Positions 30,785 to 44,307 of a stretch of 64,000 nt of DNA are shown here, in pieces. Position numbers and translations under genes: made by a program. The notes beneath the pieces are model-generated. The model did no database searches. It worked only from the letters and a program-made list of their open reading frames with translations, and was not told the origin of the DNA. The stretch's first letter is position 1; every line of letters starts with the position of its first letter. This DNA is from the human T2T-CHM13v2.0 reference genome, Homo sapiens: assembly GCF_009914755.1 (NCBI RefSeq), contig NC_060926.1. The stretch is one strand, 5' to 3'.

Positions 30785-32244
30785 AGGCCAACCTCAAGAA
30801 TAACCATCCCTTAACCACCACATAGATATTACATATGCTCTGATGAAATGCAAATCAAATGGTTAAGACAGGATGGGTGAGACCAGGCATCCTCATGCTC
30901 GATAGCTTTCATTTGGCTTTACCAACAGCACCATTTTCCAAATCCCCTTTGCCTTCAAGATAAGAAACTGACACCCAGAGAAGTTACGTCTTTGACTAAA
31001 ATCCTCAGAGATCACTAGCTGGGACACACTAAAGCTACAGTCTTTCTAATTACACGCTCTCTACTGCCTGTCAATTTGTCTGGTTCGTGTTTCATCTTAA
31101 GAGCTCCCACATTCTACTGCTATACCTGAACAATGACTATGAAAAACGATTTTCCAGAAAAATAATTGAAATTCAAAGTTGACTCACCACTAGAGCTTAA
31201 CTCACGGGATGAGATTTCATTTTATCTTCACGTTATTGCATTTTTTCCAAGTTTTCCATGATTTTTACATTTAAAAACTTGCAACTTTTAAAAAGAAATG
31301 TAACCCCTTTTAACATAACTGTTTCTCTATATGCAAATATTTCTGAAAACAAAATGTTCAGTGGCACTCTAACATTATCTCTGCACCCAAAATACCTGGC
31401 AGACAGTTCTGAGATATCAGAGATGCAGCGTATTAAATTACACATGATCATCTCCAACATCTCACTAGTCTTAGTACTGACGTAAAATTGTTGGAAGCAC
31501 CTTAGCTTGACTAAAATGCACTGGAATTTTTTTTTCTGAAGTAATTTCCTTCTACCTAAAATACTTAAGATTTATATAATATAGCTGGATGTTTATGCAA
31601 TTTTTTATCCTAATCAATGTTAGCCCATTAGGCAAGTGTTTCAAATAGAAACAAATTTGGTGAAAGCTTAGCACTTACAAAGCTCTATCAGGAACACTAA
31701 TCACCAAACCCAAGGATATTCTTTGAATAACAAGGAGCTAATACCCAAAAGAGAACAGGAGAAAAGAAGTAAGACCTCTTACACTGAGATGGATTAGAAC
31801 TTACACGGCTTTGCATGGCTTTCCAGTATAGGGGTTTGTCTCAGTGTGCTTTCTTGCTCGCTCTTGTGGGTGCCAATAGGCAGCTAAAGTGGTCTAGTTC
31901 AAGGTCAGCAGTCAAACTCATGATGCTTAGCAAATTAGCAAAAAATCAAAAAATGTATTTCAAAGCAAGTCTCCTCTTTCTGTTGAAGCTGTCCTAAGGC
32001 TTACCAATTTACTGAAAAGGCTTTAAGTTATAGCAACAATATACCAGACTCACATGCCAAATGCCTCAGAAATGTGCTTAACCTATGAGATGGCAGATGA
32101 GGGGAAAAAAAAAACTAAGTCTGTTTGCTGTGGTGATGTGTAAAGCAAAATAAATTCTATAATACTCAGCATCGACAGGAAGATCATTCCATGTGCACAT
32201 AATAAAATTCATGGCAAGATTTTGCAGCATTCCTGTAACAGTGC

Positions 32245-34557
32245 TGCTGTGCTTTTAACGTGTCCACCAAAAGCACATTTTGGTAATTTAATCCCCAGTG
32301 CAACAGTGTTAAAAGGTGGGGTGATTAGGCCATGAGGTGAAGTAAATGGATTAATGCCATTATCAGAGGAGTGAGTGTGTTATCGTGGAAGTGTGTTCCA
32401 CATAGAAGCACGAGTTCAGTCCCTTTGGTCTCTCTCTTGCCCTCTCTTTACCCATCCACTACGTGATGACATAGCAAGAAGACCCTCACCAGGTCACAAC
32501 CCCTTGATCTTGGACTCCCCAGCCTCCAGAACCATGAGCCAATAAATTTGTTATAAATTACCCAGTCTTAGGTACTCTGTCATAGCAGCACAAAAAGGAC
32601 TAGGACAGAAAATGGGTACCAGAGAAGTGGGATGATGCTTATACAAACACCTGAAAATGTGGAAAAAGCTTTGGAACTAGGTAATGAGTAGAGGCTGGAA
32701 GAATCTGGAGGTGCATGCTAGAAAAAGCCTAGACTTCTGTGAATGGAGTGTTAAAGAAACAGTGGTGAGGCCTCAGAAGAGAAGAGCTGTGGGGGAAGTC
32801 TAGAACTTCTTAGAGATTACCTGTAACATGGTTGTGATCAGAACAATTGTGGAAATATGGACAGTAAAGGCCATTCTGATGAGGTCTCAGATGGAAATGA
32901 GGAACATACCACTGGAAACTGGAGTGAAGGCTATCCTTGTTACAAAGTGGCAAAGAACTTGGCTGAAATGTGTCTGTGTCCTCTGGCTTTATGAAGGCAA
33001 AATTTACAAGCCATGAGCTAGGACATCTGGTGGAAGAAATTTCTAAGCAAAATATTAAAAGAATTGCATGGCTTCTTTTAACTACATAGAGTAAAACAAG
33101 GGAAGAGAAAAATGATTTAAAGACAGATTGTATAACTAAAAGGGAAACAGAACAAAAAAAATTTTTTAAGTCCCCAGCCTTACCATATAAAGAATGAAAA
33201 AGTGTGCAAGAGTGCAGACAATTGACCCTTTGATACACAGAGTAGTATGGTTAGAAGGAAGCCAGGTTCTGTCCCTTAAGACAATGGGAGAATGACCCTG
33301 AAGGCATTTCAGAAATCCTCCAGGCAAGCTGAGACCTTGAGGCCAACGTTTCCAGAGAGGTGCTCGAGGTCACCATTCATTGCCCTGTGCTGCCACAAGT
33401 CTCTGCTCCCCTTAGCATTCCTCAGCCAGCACAGCTGTGGCTCCGGCCAGTCCAGGTGCAGCTCAAGCTACCGCTCCGGAAGATATAGGCTGTAAACCTT
33501 GGTGGTGTCCACGTGGTGCTCTAATTCTGCAAGTGTGCAGAATGCAAGAGCCATGAGAACATGGCTTCTTCCAACTAGATTTCAAAGGATGTCACAAATA
33601 GCCCGGGACAGGGTGGGAGGTGGCGGGGGGTAGGCAGAGACTCATTGCGGTGATACAGCTGCCACAAAGACTCCAGAACTGTAAAGCTACCAGCATGTAA
33701 CACCAGCCTAAGGAAGTTACAGGCACAGAACTCCAACTCGCGAGAGCAGCCAGGTGGACTGAGACCAACAAAGCCACAAGGCTGGGGCTCCCAGAGGCCT
33801 TGGAGGTCCAACCCCCACCCCAGCGTACCCAGGACTCAGGCCATGGAGTCAAGAAAGATTATCTGGAGCATTACGATTTGATCTTGTTTGCCCTGTTGGG
33901 TTTTGGACTTACTTGGGACCAGTTACCCTGTTCTTTCCTATTTCTCTCTTTTGGAATGGGAATGTTTATCCCACGCCTGTTCCACCATTGTATTTTACAA
34001 GTAGATAACTTGTTTTGATTTCACAGGCCCATAGCTGAAGGGGAATTTGCCTTAGGATGAATCGTGTCTTGAATTTTTCCCAAATGATGTTTAGATGAGA
34101 CTTTGGACTTTCGAGTTGGTGCTGGAACAAGTTAAAATGCTGGGCTATTGGGATGAAATAAATACATTTTGCATGTAAGAAGGACATAAATTCTAGAGAC
34201 GGCAGCCAGAATGCTATGGGTTTGAATGTGTACCCCCAAAAGCATGTGCTGGAAACTTAATTCCCAATGCAACAGTATTGGGAGGTGAGGCCTAATGAGA
34301 AGTTATTGGGCTATGAGGGCCCCACCCTCATGAATGAATTTACGTCATTATTGCGGCAGTGGGTTATGTGTAAAAGAATGAGTTAGGTCCCCTTTGTCTC
34401 TCTCATCCACTCTCTGCCCTTCTGCCACGGGATGACGCAGCAAGAATGCCCCTTGATATTGCACTTGCCAGCCTCCAGATCATAAGCCAATACCTTTCTA
34501 CTTATAAATTACCCAGTCTGTGGTAATCTGTTACAGCGGCACAAAACAAACTAAGAA
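32245..34557 (+). mobile_element. Complete MST-type MaLR element (LTR 32245-32607, internal region, LTR 34212-34557)
   Basis: Two similar LTRs (ttaat.cccaatgcaacagt...ataaattacccagtct) flanking MaLR internal sequence starting gaaaatgggtacc. Confidence 0.8.
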
Positions 34558-35029
34558 AAGTAGACTATCAGATTTGTGATCAATCTGACAACATGGCAAC
34601 AAAACATTAAAAAAATTAACTTTTCTATGCTACTTGAGACACTTATTTCCAAATTCATGCTCAAATGCATATACCTTTTTGATGCAATAGAAATAACCTC
34701 AAAAGAGGGACATACAAGTATTAACAGACTTCAGAGTCTGCTCACAGCGAGAGTTATGTAAGCCATCTCAAAAAGGCAAGAGACTTCTATAACTTCCAGA
34801 AGAACAGAGAGATTATATGGGGTAACAGTCTAATATCGATTCAGGAGTGACAATAATATTTTAGGGATGCACAGTACTACAGCCTAGGTGATGGGTAAAA
34901 GAACAAAACAACCTGTGTACTAGTCATTTCAACATCAAGGTCATATATAAATCATTTCTTGTAGAATTGCAGTGTAAAGTGCTCCACAGACCTGTTCCCC
35001 AAGGAAACAACCATAAGTGGTCCAAATTA

Positions 35030-35680
<651 letters not shown>

Positions 35681-36686
35681 TTAGCAGTACTTCCTAGACA
35701 GGGAAGGCTGAGAATAATAGGATTCCAGTCACGGTTGCCCCAACTTGCTTAGAAGGGAGAAGTTCCATGCCAAGAGGGGCAAGGAAAAAAAATCAGGGGC
35801 TACAGCACCCTGATTATAAAACAGAGGTGTTGCTCCCACCCCAGCACCAGGGCAGTGGTTCAGAGGTTTTCCTGGGGGACAGAGGTACTGAAAACAGTGC
35901 ACTCAAAAGCTCTCCCTAAAGGGAGTTGACTTTATTTGAAAGAGAAAGTCAAATATAAGGGTGCTCTCAAGAACAAGGGAGATGCAGATGGTAAGCAATA
36001 AATAGAAGGCAATAGATCTATGAGAATAAAAAGCTAAATCCGAGGCCAGCTTGTTTAACAGAGAGAACCAAGGAGAGGACACTTAAGAAACCTCCTGGGG
36101 TCAGAACAAATCTCAAAGACTGGTCTCAAAATCTACCCCTGCCAAGGGGATAGAATTTAACTGGATCAGGCTGAAGAGCAATTTAAAACCCACAGCATTG
36201 TTGAAAAATAAAGCAATTAGCTAGCAACCACTGCAGCCTAACAGCTGGGTGAGATACTGCACAGGCTTAATAGAGAAATCAGGGAAAGAGACTGTCAGCA
36301 TGAGCCTGTTAGACCCACCATCATCCCAGGGGGTTTGGCCAAGGCTACATCCTCCAAGGAACAACAGTTAAAGCTTCACACTGGAGTGGCGGGGACGGAA
36401 TAGGAAACACTTCACTAAAGTAGACCAGAGAAGTCACTAAACAAATAAATAAATAAATAAAATAAAACAAGTTGGGGAAGGTGGGGGTTGGGATGAGGGC
36501 ACAGTATCCAGAAGTGCTACAATATACTACCTAAAATGCCCAGTTTTCTACAACAAATTACAAGACATGCAAAGAAACAGAAATGGGTGACCCATAAACA
36601 GAAAAAACAACAAAGCAATAAAAACTGTCTGTGTGAAGTCCCAGGTGTTGGATATAACAAAGACACCAAAGCAACCACTGTAAATA

Positions 36687-36737
36687 TTAGGTTGGTGCAA
36701 AAGCAATTGCAGTTTTTGCCATTAAAAGTTATGGCAA
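36687..36737 (+). mobile_element. MADE1 (Hsmar1 mariner MITE), truncated
   Basis: ttaggttggtgcaaaagcaattgcagtttttgccatt matches the recalled Hsmar1 TIR. Confidence 0.85.
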
Positions 36738-37227
36738 GTGTTCAAAGAACGAAAGGAAACCATGCTTAAAGAAGTACATAGATAATAAAGAGAGATTACA
36801 AAATAGAAACAAATTGAATTCTGGAGTTGAAAAATACCACAGTTGAAACTAAAAATTCAACAAAGGGATTCAACAGTCAATTGGAACTAGGCTAAAGAAT
36901 CAGCAAACTTGGACTGAAAGGGCTTATGCAACCCAAAGATCAGAGGAAATGCAGGAAACTAAACAGAGCCTCAGACAAATACAGGACACCAATAAGTGCA
37001 TCAACATGCATGCTGCACTGGGAGTATCAGAAAAGAGAAAGGAATACAAAATATATTCAAAGAAATAATGGCTGAAAACTCCCCAGAATTGATGAACATA
37101 TAAATGTATATATTCAAGAAGTTCAATGAACTGCAATTAGGATAAACACAAACAAAAATAGATGCACACAGACACATCATTCTAGAAATCCCGCAAACCA
37201 AAGACAAGATAAGATTTTGAAAACAGA

Positions 37228-37639
37228 TGTACTAGGTTGGATACTGTCCTACAAAGTTTATGTCTGTCCCAGAGCTTCAGAATGTGACCTTATTTGAAAA
37301 TAGAGCCCCTACAGACATATTTAGTTAAGATAAGGTTATACTGGATTAGGGTGGGACTTTAATCCAATACTAAAGGCATGCAAAGACCCATGTGCTGCTG
37401 GAGGCAGAGACTAGAGTGATGCCTCTACCAGCCAAAGAACACCAAGGATTGCTGGCAATACGAGAAGCTGGGAGAAAAGCATGGAAAAAACTCCCCTCAG
37501 AGCCTTCAGAGGGGCATAGGCATGGCCCTGCTGACATCTTGATTTCAGACTTCTAGCTTCTAGAACTGTGAGGGATTAAATTTATGTTGTTTTAAACCAC
37601 TCAGATGGTGGTAACTGCAAGTCCTAGGAAATTCATATG
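37228..37639 (+). mobile_element. MLT1B/C-like MaLR LTR
   Basis: cagaatgtgaccttatttgaaaatag and ggccctgctgacatcttgatttcagacttc motifs. Confidence 0.78.
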
Positions 37640-37738
37640 GCAGAAAAAGAAAAATGACTTGTCACATGTAAGGGAACCCCAGTATGATTAACTGCTGGCT
37701 CATTACAACAAACAATGGAGAAAGCAGTGGATGGCATA

Positions 37739-38134
37739 TGTATTAGTTCATTTTGTGCTGCCATAAAGGAATACCTGAAGCTGGGTGATTTATAAAGCAA
37801 AGAGGTTTATTTGGCACACGGTCCTGCAGGCTGTACATGAAGCATGGCTCCAGCATCTGCTTCTGCTGAGGGCTTCGGAGAGCTTTCAATCATAGTAGAA
37901 GGCTAAGGGGGAGCAGGCATGTCACGTGGCAAGACAGGGAGAAGAAGGGGGTCCCATACTCTTTTTTAACAATCAGGTCTTGTGTGAACTCATTACAGTG
38001 GGGTGTGCACCAAGCCATTCATGATGGATCTGTCCCCATGACCCAAATAATTCCCACTAGGCCCCACCTCCAACACTGGAGATCAAATTTCAACATGGGA
38101 TTGGGAGGCTGGAACAAACATCCGAACTCTATCA
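37739..38134 (-). mobile_element. MSTA/B-like MaLR LTR
   Basis: tgtattagttcattt...aaggaatacctga...aaacatccgaactctatca; flanking gcata/acata TSD-like. Confidence 0.8.
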
Positions 38135-38360
38135 ACATATTTAAAGTGTAAAAATAAACTGGCAGTCAAGAATCTTATATACGACCAAAAATAAGATATC
38201 CCTAGATAAACAAAAAATGAGAGAGTTCATTGCTAGCAGACCTACCACACAAGAAATACTAAAGGATGTTCTTTAGGCTGAAAGCAAGTGACCCCAAATA
38301 GTAAATGGATTCCAGAAGGAAAAAGAAGGGAAAGGTACCAAATAGGAAATTAGTTAATTA

Positions 38361-38670
38361 CAAGGCATTCGCTCAATGACTCACCTAGAGCAAATTCTAG
38401 TCCTGCAAGCTCCATTTGTGGTAAGTGGCCTACACAGATGAACACAAATACTTATCTTTGTTATAACTACCTACAGTATTCAGTATAGCAACATGCTGTA
38501 CAGATTTGTAGCATATGAGCAATAGGTCATACCATGTAGCCTAAGTGTGTAGCAGGCTGTACCATCGAGGTTTGTGTAAGTCCACTCTATGATGCTCACA
38601 GAACAACAACAAAAACACTTAATAATGCATTTCTCAGAATGTATCCCCACTGTTAAGTGATGCTTGACTG
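38361..38670. mobile_element. Tigger3/MER7-like DNA transposon
   Basis: gcatttctcagaatgtatccccactgttaagtgatgcttgactg|ta terminal repeat with TA flanks. Confidence 0.72.
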
Positions 38671-39436
38671 TACATTTACGGTAAAATTATTTTCAACAAG
38701 GGTGCCAGGAAAATTCAATGGGCAATGAATAGTCTTTTCAACAAATTGTGCTGGACAACCGGACAGCCATATCCAAAAGAATGATGACCTAATACCCTAT
38801 TCAAAAATTAGCTCAAAATGGATCACAGGCCTAAATTTAAGAACAAAATCTATAAAACTCTTAGGAAAAAAACATGGTAAATCTTTGTGCCCTTAGTTTA
38901 GGCAAGATTTCCTAAATATGACATCCAAGTACAAGCAGCAAGAGAAAAAAACAGACTTTATCCATATTTAAAGCATTTGTGCTTCAAAGAATGTCATCAA
39001 GAAAGTAAAAAGAGAACCCACAGAATGAGATAAAATATTTACAAATAATATACCTGATAAGAAACTTGAATTAAGAATATATAAAGAACTTAATTCAATG
39101 ATGAAAAGAAAAATAACCCAATTAAAGAATAGGATAATATCTAATAGAAATTTCTCCAAAGAAGATACAGAAATGACCAATAAGCACACAAAAAGATGCT
39201 CAACACCATGAGCTATCAGAGAAATGCAAATCCAAACCACAAAAAGATATCACTTCACACCCAGTAGAAAGGCTACAATCAAAAAGACAGACAATAAGAA
39301 GTGGCGTTGAGGATGTAGAGAAACTGGAACACTCATATGCTGCTGGTGGAAATGTACAATGGCGCAGCTGCTCTGGCAAACAGCAGTTCCTCAAAAGGTT
39401 AAAGAGAGTCACCCTATGACACATATAACAAACGTA

Positions 39437-39780
39437 CAGTCATCCCTCAGTATCCACAAGGAATTGGTTCCAGGACCGCACCCCACCCCCATACCTAAAC
39501 GCAAAGATGCTCAGGTTCCGCATATAAAATAGTGTAGTATTTGCATATAACCCACACACATCCGCCTGTATACTTTAAATCATCTCTAGATAATTATAAT
39601 ACCTAATACAATGTAAATGTTATGTAAAAATGTTATACTGTATTGTTTAGGGAATAATAACCTGAAAAAAAGTCTGCACATGTTCAGTACAGCCATAACC
39701 ATTGTGCACCTAACTACATTTTCGATTCGTGGTTAGCTGAATCCACGGATAAGGAAACCACAGATATGGAGGGCCTACTG
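39437..39780. mobile_element. MER2 (Tigger family) DNA transposon
   Basis: ta|cagtcatccctcagtatcc ... gatatggagggcctactg|ta inverted termini, ~345 bp. Confidence 0.85.
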
Positions 39781-40364
39781 TATAAATAAACTGTGGTATA
39801 TTCATATAACAGATTATTTGGTAATAAAAATATATGAAATACTGATACAAGCTACAACATGAACAAAACCTGAAAACATACTAAGTGAGAAAAGCTAGTC
39901 ACAAAAGGTCAAATGTTGCATTATCCCACCTATATAAAATACCCAGAATTGGCAAATCTACATGGACAAAAAACAGATTAGTGGTTGCCTAGAGATTGGG
40001 GTGTGGAAGGCCTAAGGGGAAAATGGAGAGTGACTGCTAATGGGTATAGGCTTTCCTTGGGGGGGGCCTACAATTGGATGTGGTAATGGTTGCACAACTC
40101 TGTGAATACATTAAAAACTACTGAATTATACATTTTAAGGGTGAACTGTATGGTATGTGAATTATATCCCAATAAAGCTGTTACTTTAAAAAAAAATGCA
40201 ACATGAAATCTTTTTGGACATAATTTGTTACCTAATAGTTAAAAGGGTTTCTTTCATTGGTGAGTTTATACTGATGTTTAACAAGAGCACTATTAGCCAA
40301 GGATACCCCTGGGTATTCTTCAAAGTGGTCTGTGAGCTAGAAAAGGTTAAAAACCACTGCTCTC

Positions 40365-40925
40365 AAATTTCATACTTCCTCAAAAAGTTAAACACAGGGT
40401 TTCCATACAATCCAGTAATTCCACTCCAAAGTATACCTAAAAGAATGAAAATCCTGTGTCCACACGAAAACTTACACACATGCATTCATAGCAGCATTAT
40501 TCACGATAGCCTCAAGGTGGAAACAACTCCAAATACCCATCAATTGAGAAACAGGGAAACAGTATGTGGTACACCCATACAATGGAGCATTGTTTAGCCA
40601 TGAAAAGGAATGAAGTGTACTGATTGATGCTACAGCTGAGTCTTGAAGACAGATCAAATATCACATTATTTCTTTCAGACGAAATGTTCAAAAAAGGCAG
40701 ATTCATAGAGATAGAGAGTAGTTTTAGTGGTTTCCCAGAGCTGGCGGGAGGGGGCTGGGAAATGGAAGTGACTACTAATGAGTACAGGACTCTTTTTTGG
40801 GGTGATGAAGAAACTGTGGAATCAGAATGCGGTGCTAACTCTGTGGACATACTATAAGCCACTGAATCGTATCTTTGAGAAGCGTGAATTCTATGATATG
40901 TGAATTATCTCTCAACGAAAAAAGA
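40365..40925 (+). mobile_element. L1MB-like 3' fragment
   Basis: cattcatagcagcattattcac and gtgaattatctctcaa motifs. Confidence 0.72.
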
Positions 40926-40969
40926 AAGTTTCTTAATATTACAAATACTATTCAGGTGTGCAAACTTAC

Positions 40970-41030
40970 CAAAATTCTTTTCCGATCCTTTTCTGATAAA
41001 AACTTTACTGGTGGGTATTTCTGGGTAAAG
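40970..41030 (-). CDS. UXS1: UXS1 coding exon 5 (61 nt; FTQKYPPVKFLSEKDRKRIL)
   Basis: ttatacag|CTTTACCCAG...ATTTTG|gtaagt; peptide visible in ORF 40952..41176. Confidence 0.95.
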
Positions 41031-41370
41031 CTGTATAATATAAAGAGATTCAAAAGGAAAAAGTCAAACATCTCATTTGAATATTTTCTCTGTCTACCAT
41101 CAAAGCATGTGCCAGGTTTTGGGACTGTTATTGTTTGCTCTTCTCTCCACTCTTGAATGAGTGCTGGAGAAACCAAGGAGTCACTAGTTAACTTGAGGTC
41201 AAGAGCTATATAACCTGCTCCTTGTTTAGAATCAAGCTAAAGACGTGACTTGAGATTCTATCTCTGAGAAGCAAAAGCGCAAGGAGCTACCGGCTTCCAG
41301 CAGCTGCTAAAGCAGGGCAGGCACTACCTCTATTAGTCCAGATAAAACCACACCATGAGGGAGATGGCCG

Positions 41371-42119
41371 TGAAACTGCCTTTGCAGAATTGTAATAATG
41401 AGAGAAATCTAATATGACTGGCTCCATCTAACCTCACAGGCTCAATTTTTGTTTTTATTGTTTTTGCTTATTTTAGTGCAGAGGCCAATATAACTAGGAG
41501 AGGAATTTATAGTTAAACGATGAGGCAAGGAAAACTGACCCCCCTCCTTGTTTCGAGATTGAAGCCACATTCCTAAGCCGAGGTTAGAGTTATGGTAGGG
41601 TCTGAACTTTGCTAAAGAATAAGCATAAACAATGACCTGCCAACTGCTTAGCTTAGCTGGCTTTTCTATATGTTGCTTACTGCCCCAGGGTCACTCAAAC
41701 AGAGGTCGCAAGATTTGTAACTTCTCCAACAACTTCTACAGATAACATCACTATTGTGAATCCTAAGGAAACGGTATTTGAGGTATCTTTCAGATTTAGC
41801 ATTTTGGCAGACAGACTAAGAGATGTCACCCGGTCCTCAGACTTGGCTTCCATGAATTGATTCAGCTGCCTGAAGACAGTTTAGACACCCCCATGATTTC
41901 ACACCCAGCCAATCGTTTCAGCTCCCCAGGCCCCCACCCACCAAACTACCCTTAAAAACTCAAGCCGCCGAGTTCTCAGGGAGGCAGATTTGAGAAACCT
42001 CGCCCATTCTCACACGTGGCTGGCCCTGTGATTAAACTCTCTCTTCGCTGTAACACCTGTTGTTCTCAGTGCCTTGGTTTTCTCAGGGCAGTCGGCAAGA
42101 AGAGCCCACCGGGCTATAA
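41371..42119 (+). mobile_element. LTR8-family ERV1 solo LTR
   Basis: Starts tgaaactgcctttgca; attaaactct signal; ends ...agcccaccgggctata. Confidence 0.72.
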
Positions 42120-44100
42120 TCATGGCATTCTCTGGGTACTGTATCAGGGTCCAGGTGGAAGAAAGCAGCTTCGTGAAGTCACAGGCCCAACGCATGAGGA
42201 CCGCTCCACAAGAGCGAGAAGAGATATTAATGAAACTTTGTCTCCTGCTCCAGGAATTTTCACAATCACGGCATCCTCTTCCTGACCAGCGTCCCTGGTA
42301 AAACGACTGAGCATCAGCATCTTCTGTCTCTGTGGATCTGCTCTGACCCTAAGTCTCACTTATCTTTTGATACCCTCTTGCTGCCCTAAGGTGCCACTGG
42401 TCCCCAGCCCACACTGATGTCCCAGGAGCAGGGCAGTGTGATCTGAATATAAAACGTCCAGTGAGAGGTAATAAACACAGAACTGAAATATTCATTTTAA
42501 AAGTTATTCAGTTAGGAACAAAAGTGCTTTAAATAAAATCTGAGACATCAGCTTTATGGTCATTATACTAATTGGAAAGGTGTTGTGCCAGGTGGCACCG
42601 TCTCCATCCCTGCCCTGTCCCCAGCACAGACACAGCACTAGGATACAGAATGCACTTCCTTAATGGTCGCTGAACTGAAGGGAATATGAAGGGTCATTAG
42701 ACAGAAGCCCCTGAAGCAGGGGTTTCTCATCTCCAGAAAGCCCTGAGCGTGCTTAAATTGGAGTGAAAGGGCTTTCTATTACAATGCAGACGAATTCCCC
42801 CATTAAGAACTTCCAGGGTCTCAAAAGCTCAAGTTCCCCTTGCAGACTACAAAATCAGATGGGAGAGTCTGAGGGCAAGGGTGGGAACCCTGGGGCTCCC
42901 CCTTGTGAGCTCACCGACCGTCTTTAGTACTTGCCGCCCATAGGAAGTGCCTCAGGAAAGTCATCCATGCAGCTGGGGAGCAGGAGCAAGTTCTGCCTTC
43001 AGTCAGGAGCGATGCTGTTAGACTGGCGGGAGCGGCACAGATGTCTTGTTTGCCAAGTAACACTTCTTGTCATTCCGCCTCTTCTTCCCTCACCAACTCA
43101 GCTAGGGGACGGCACTGTAAATCTCAGAGTTATTTGTGTGCACCTCTCACACCGCTCCAATTGTCCTCATTTCTCTGAGCTCACGATATCCATGTCTTCA
43201 GCCTCAGTCCCCAAGTGGCACACCCAGTGCCGTGGCACAGCTGAGACTCTTTCCTTCCCACGACTGCTCATAAGCACCGTGGCTCCTCCGAACTGTCTGT
43301 CGTGAAAACGCTGGAGCCGTCTCTGACTCATAACTTCCCCTCACTCACCTTCAGGGCTCCTTCTCTACCGTGTATATGATTTTAGAGTCAGGACCGCTCG
43401 GGAATGGGAATATAGCTACATATGGGAAAACGCGGTGCAGGGAGAAAACCAATTCAGTGAGGAGCGGAGGCGCAGGACTGTGGAGTGTGCATCCGGGGCC
43501 ATGGAAACAAATGTTAATCCAAGCTGTCAGCTTAGAATAGTCCCTATCTGAAAGCTTAAAATGAAATGTGGTGTGCTACTTATACCAAGAGGAAACGGCC
43601 AAACCGTTTTATTACAGGAAATGTACTTCAAAGAAATTGAACTGAAGCAAAGGCATGGTTGCCCGACATACGCAGTGACGGGCATAAGATGGACTAAAAA
43701 ATACTTCAAATGCAGCGTGCTGAAACCTTTAATTTAAAAAACGAAAAATAGGTTGAGTTTCTTGCTTTGTTCTTCTTCAATATGTAGCAGCCAAGTTTTA
43801 GATTTCATATGTATACGCTCAAGTAATTAAACTTTTAAAAAACTATCTTATACTCCTCACTTCTTCGAGAAGCCACACATACAAAGCTGAAAAACAGGAA
43901 GGGGAGAGTGCCTGTGGGGTCCTCCTCAGTATGCATGTCATCCTGTTTTCCTCCTTGCAGTAATGGGTGACAGAGCACAGTGACTGATAGAGTGCAGTGA
44001 CCATGTGGGTGCCGTTGGCTGGGCCACATGCTGAGCCAGCTGCCTGGGTGCTCCCAAGCACCTGCTGGACTGACTCAGGGCTGGGCAGGAGCACAAGGCC

Positions 44101-44307
44101 TTTTTTTTTTTTCCTTTTTTGAGACAAGGTCTTACACTCTGTCACCCCAGATGGAGTGTAGCGGCATAATCACAGCTCACTGCAGCCTTGTATTTCTTGT
44201 AGAGATGAGGTTTCATTATGTTGCCCAGGCTGGGCTCGAACTCCTGGGCTCAAGCCATCAGCCTGCCGAGGCTTCCCAAAGTGCTGGTATTACACCGTGC
44301 CTGGCCC
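44101..44307 (-). mobile_element. Internally deleted AluJ-type element
   Basis: Reverse Alu jumping from gctcactgcagccttg to tatttcttgtagag; cacaaggc on both flanks. Confidence 0.8.
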
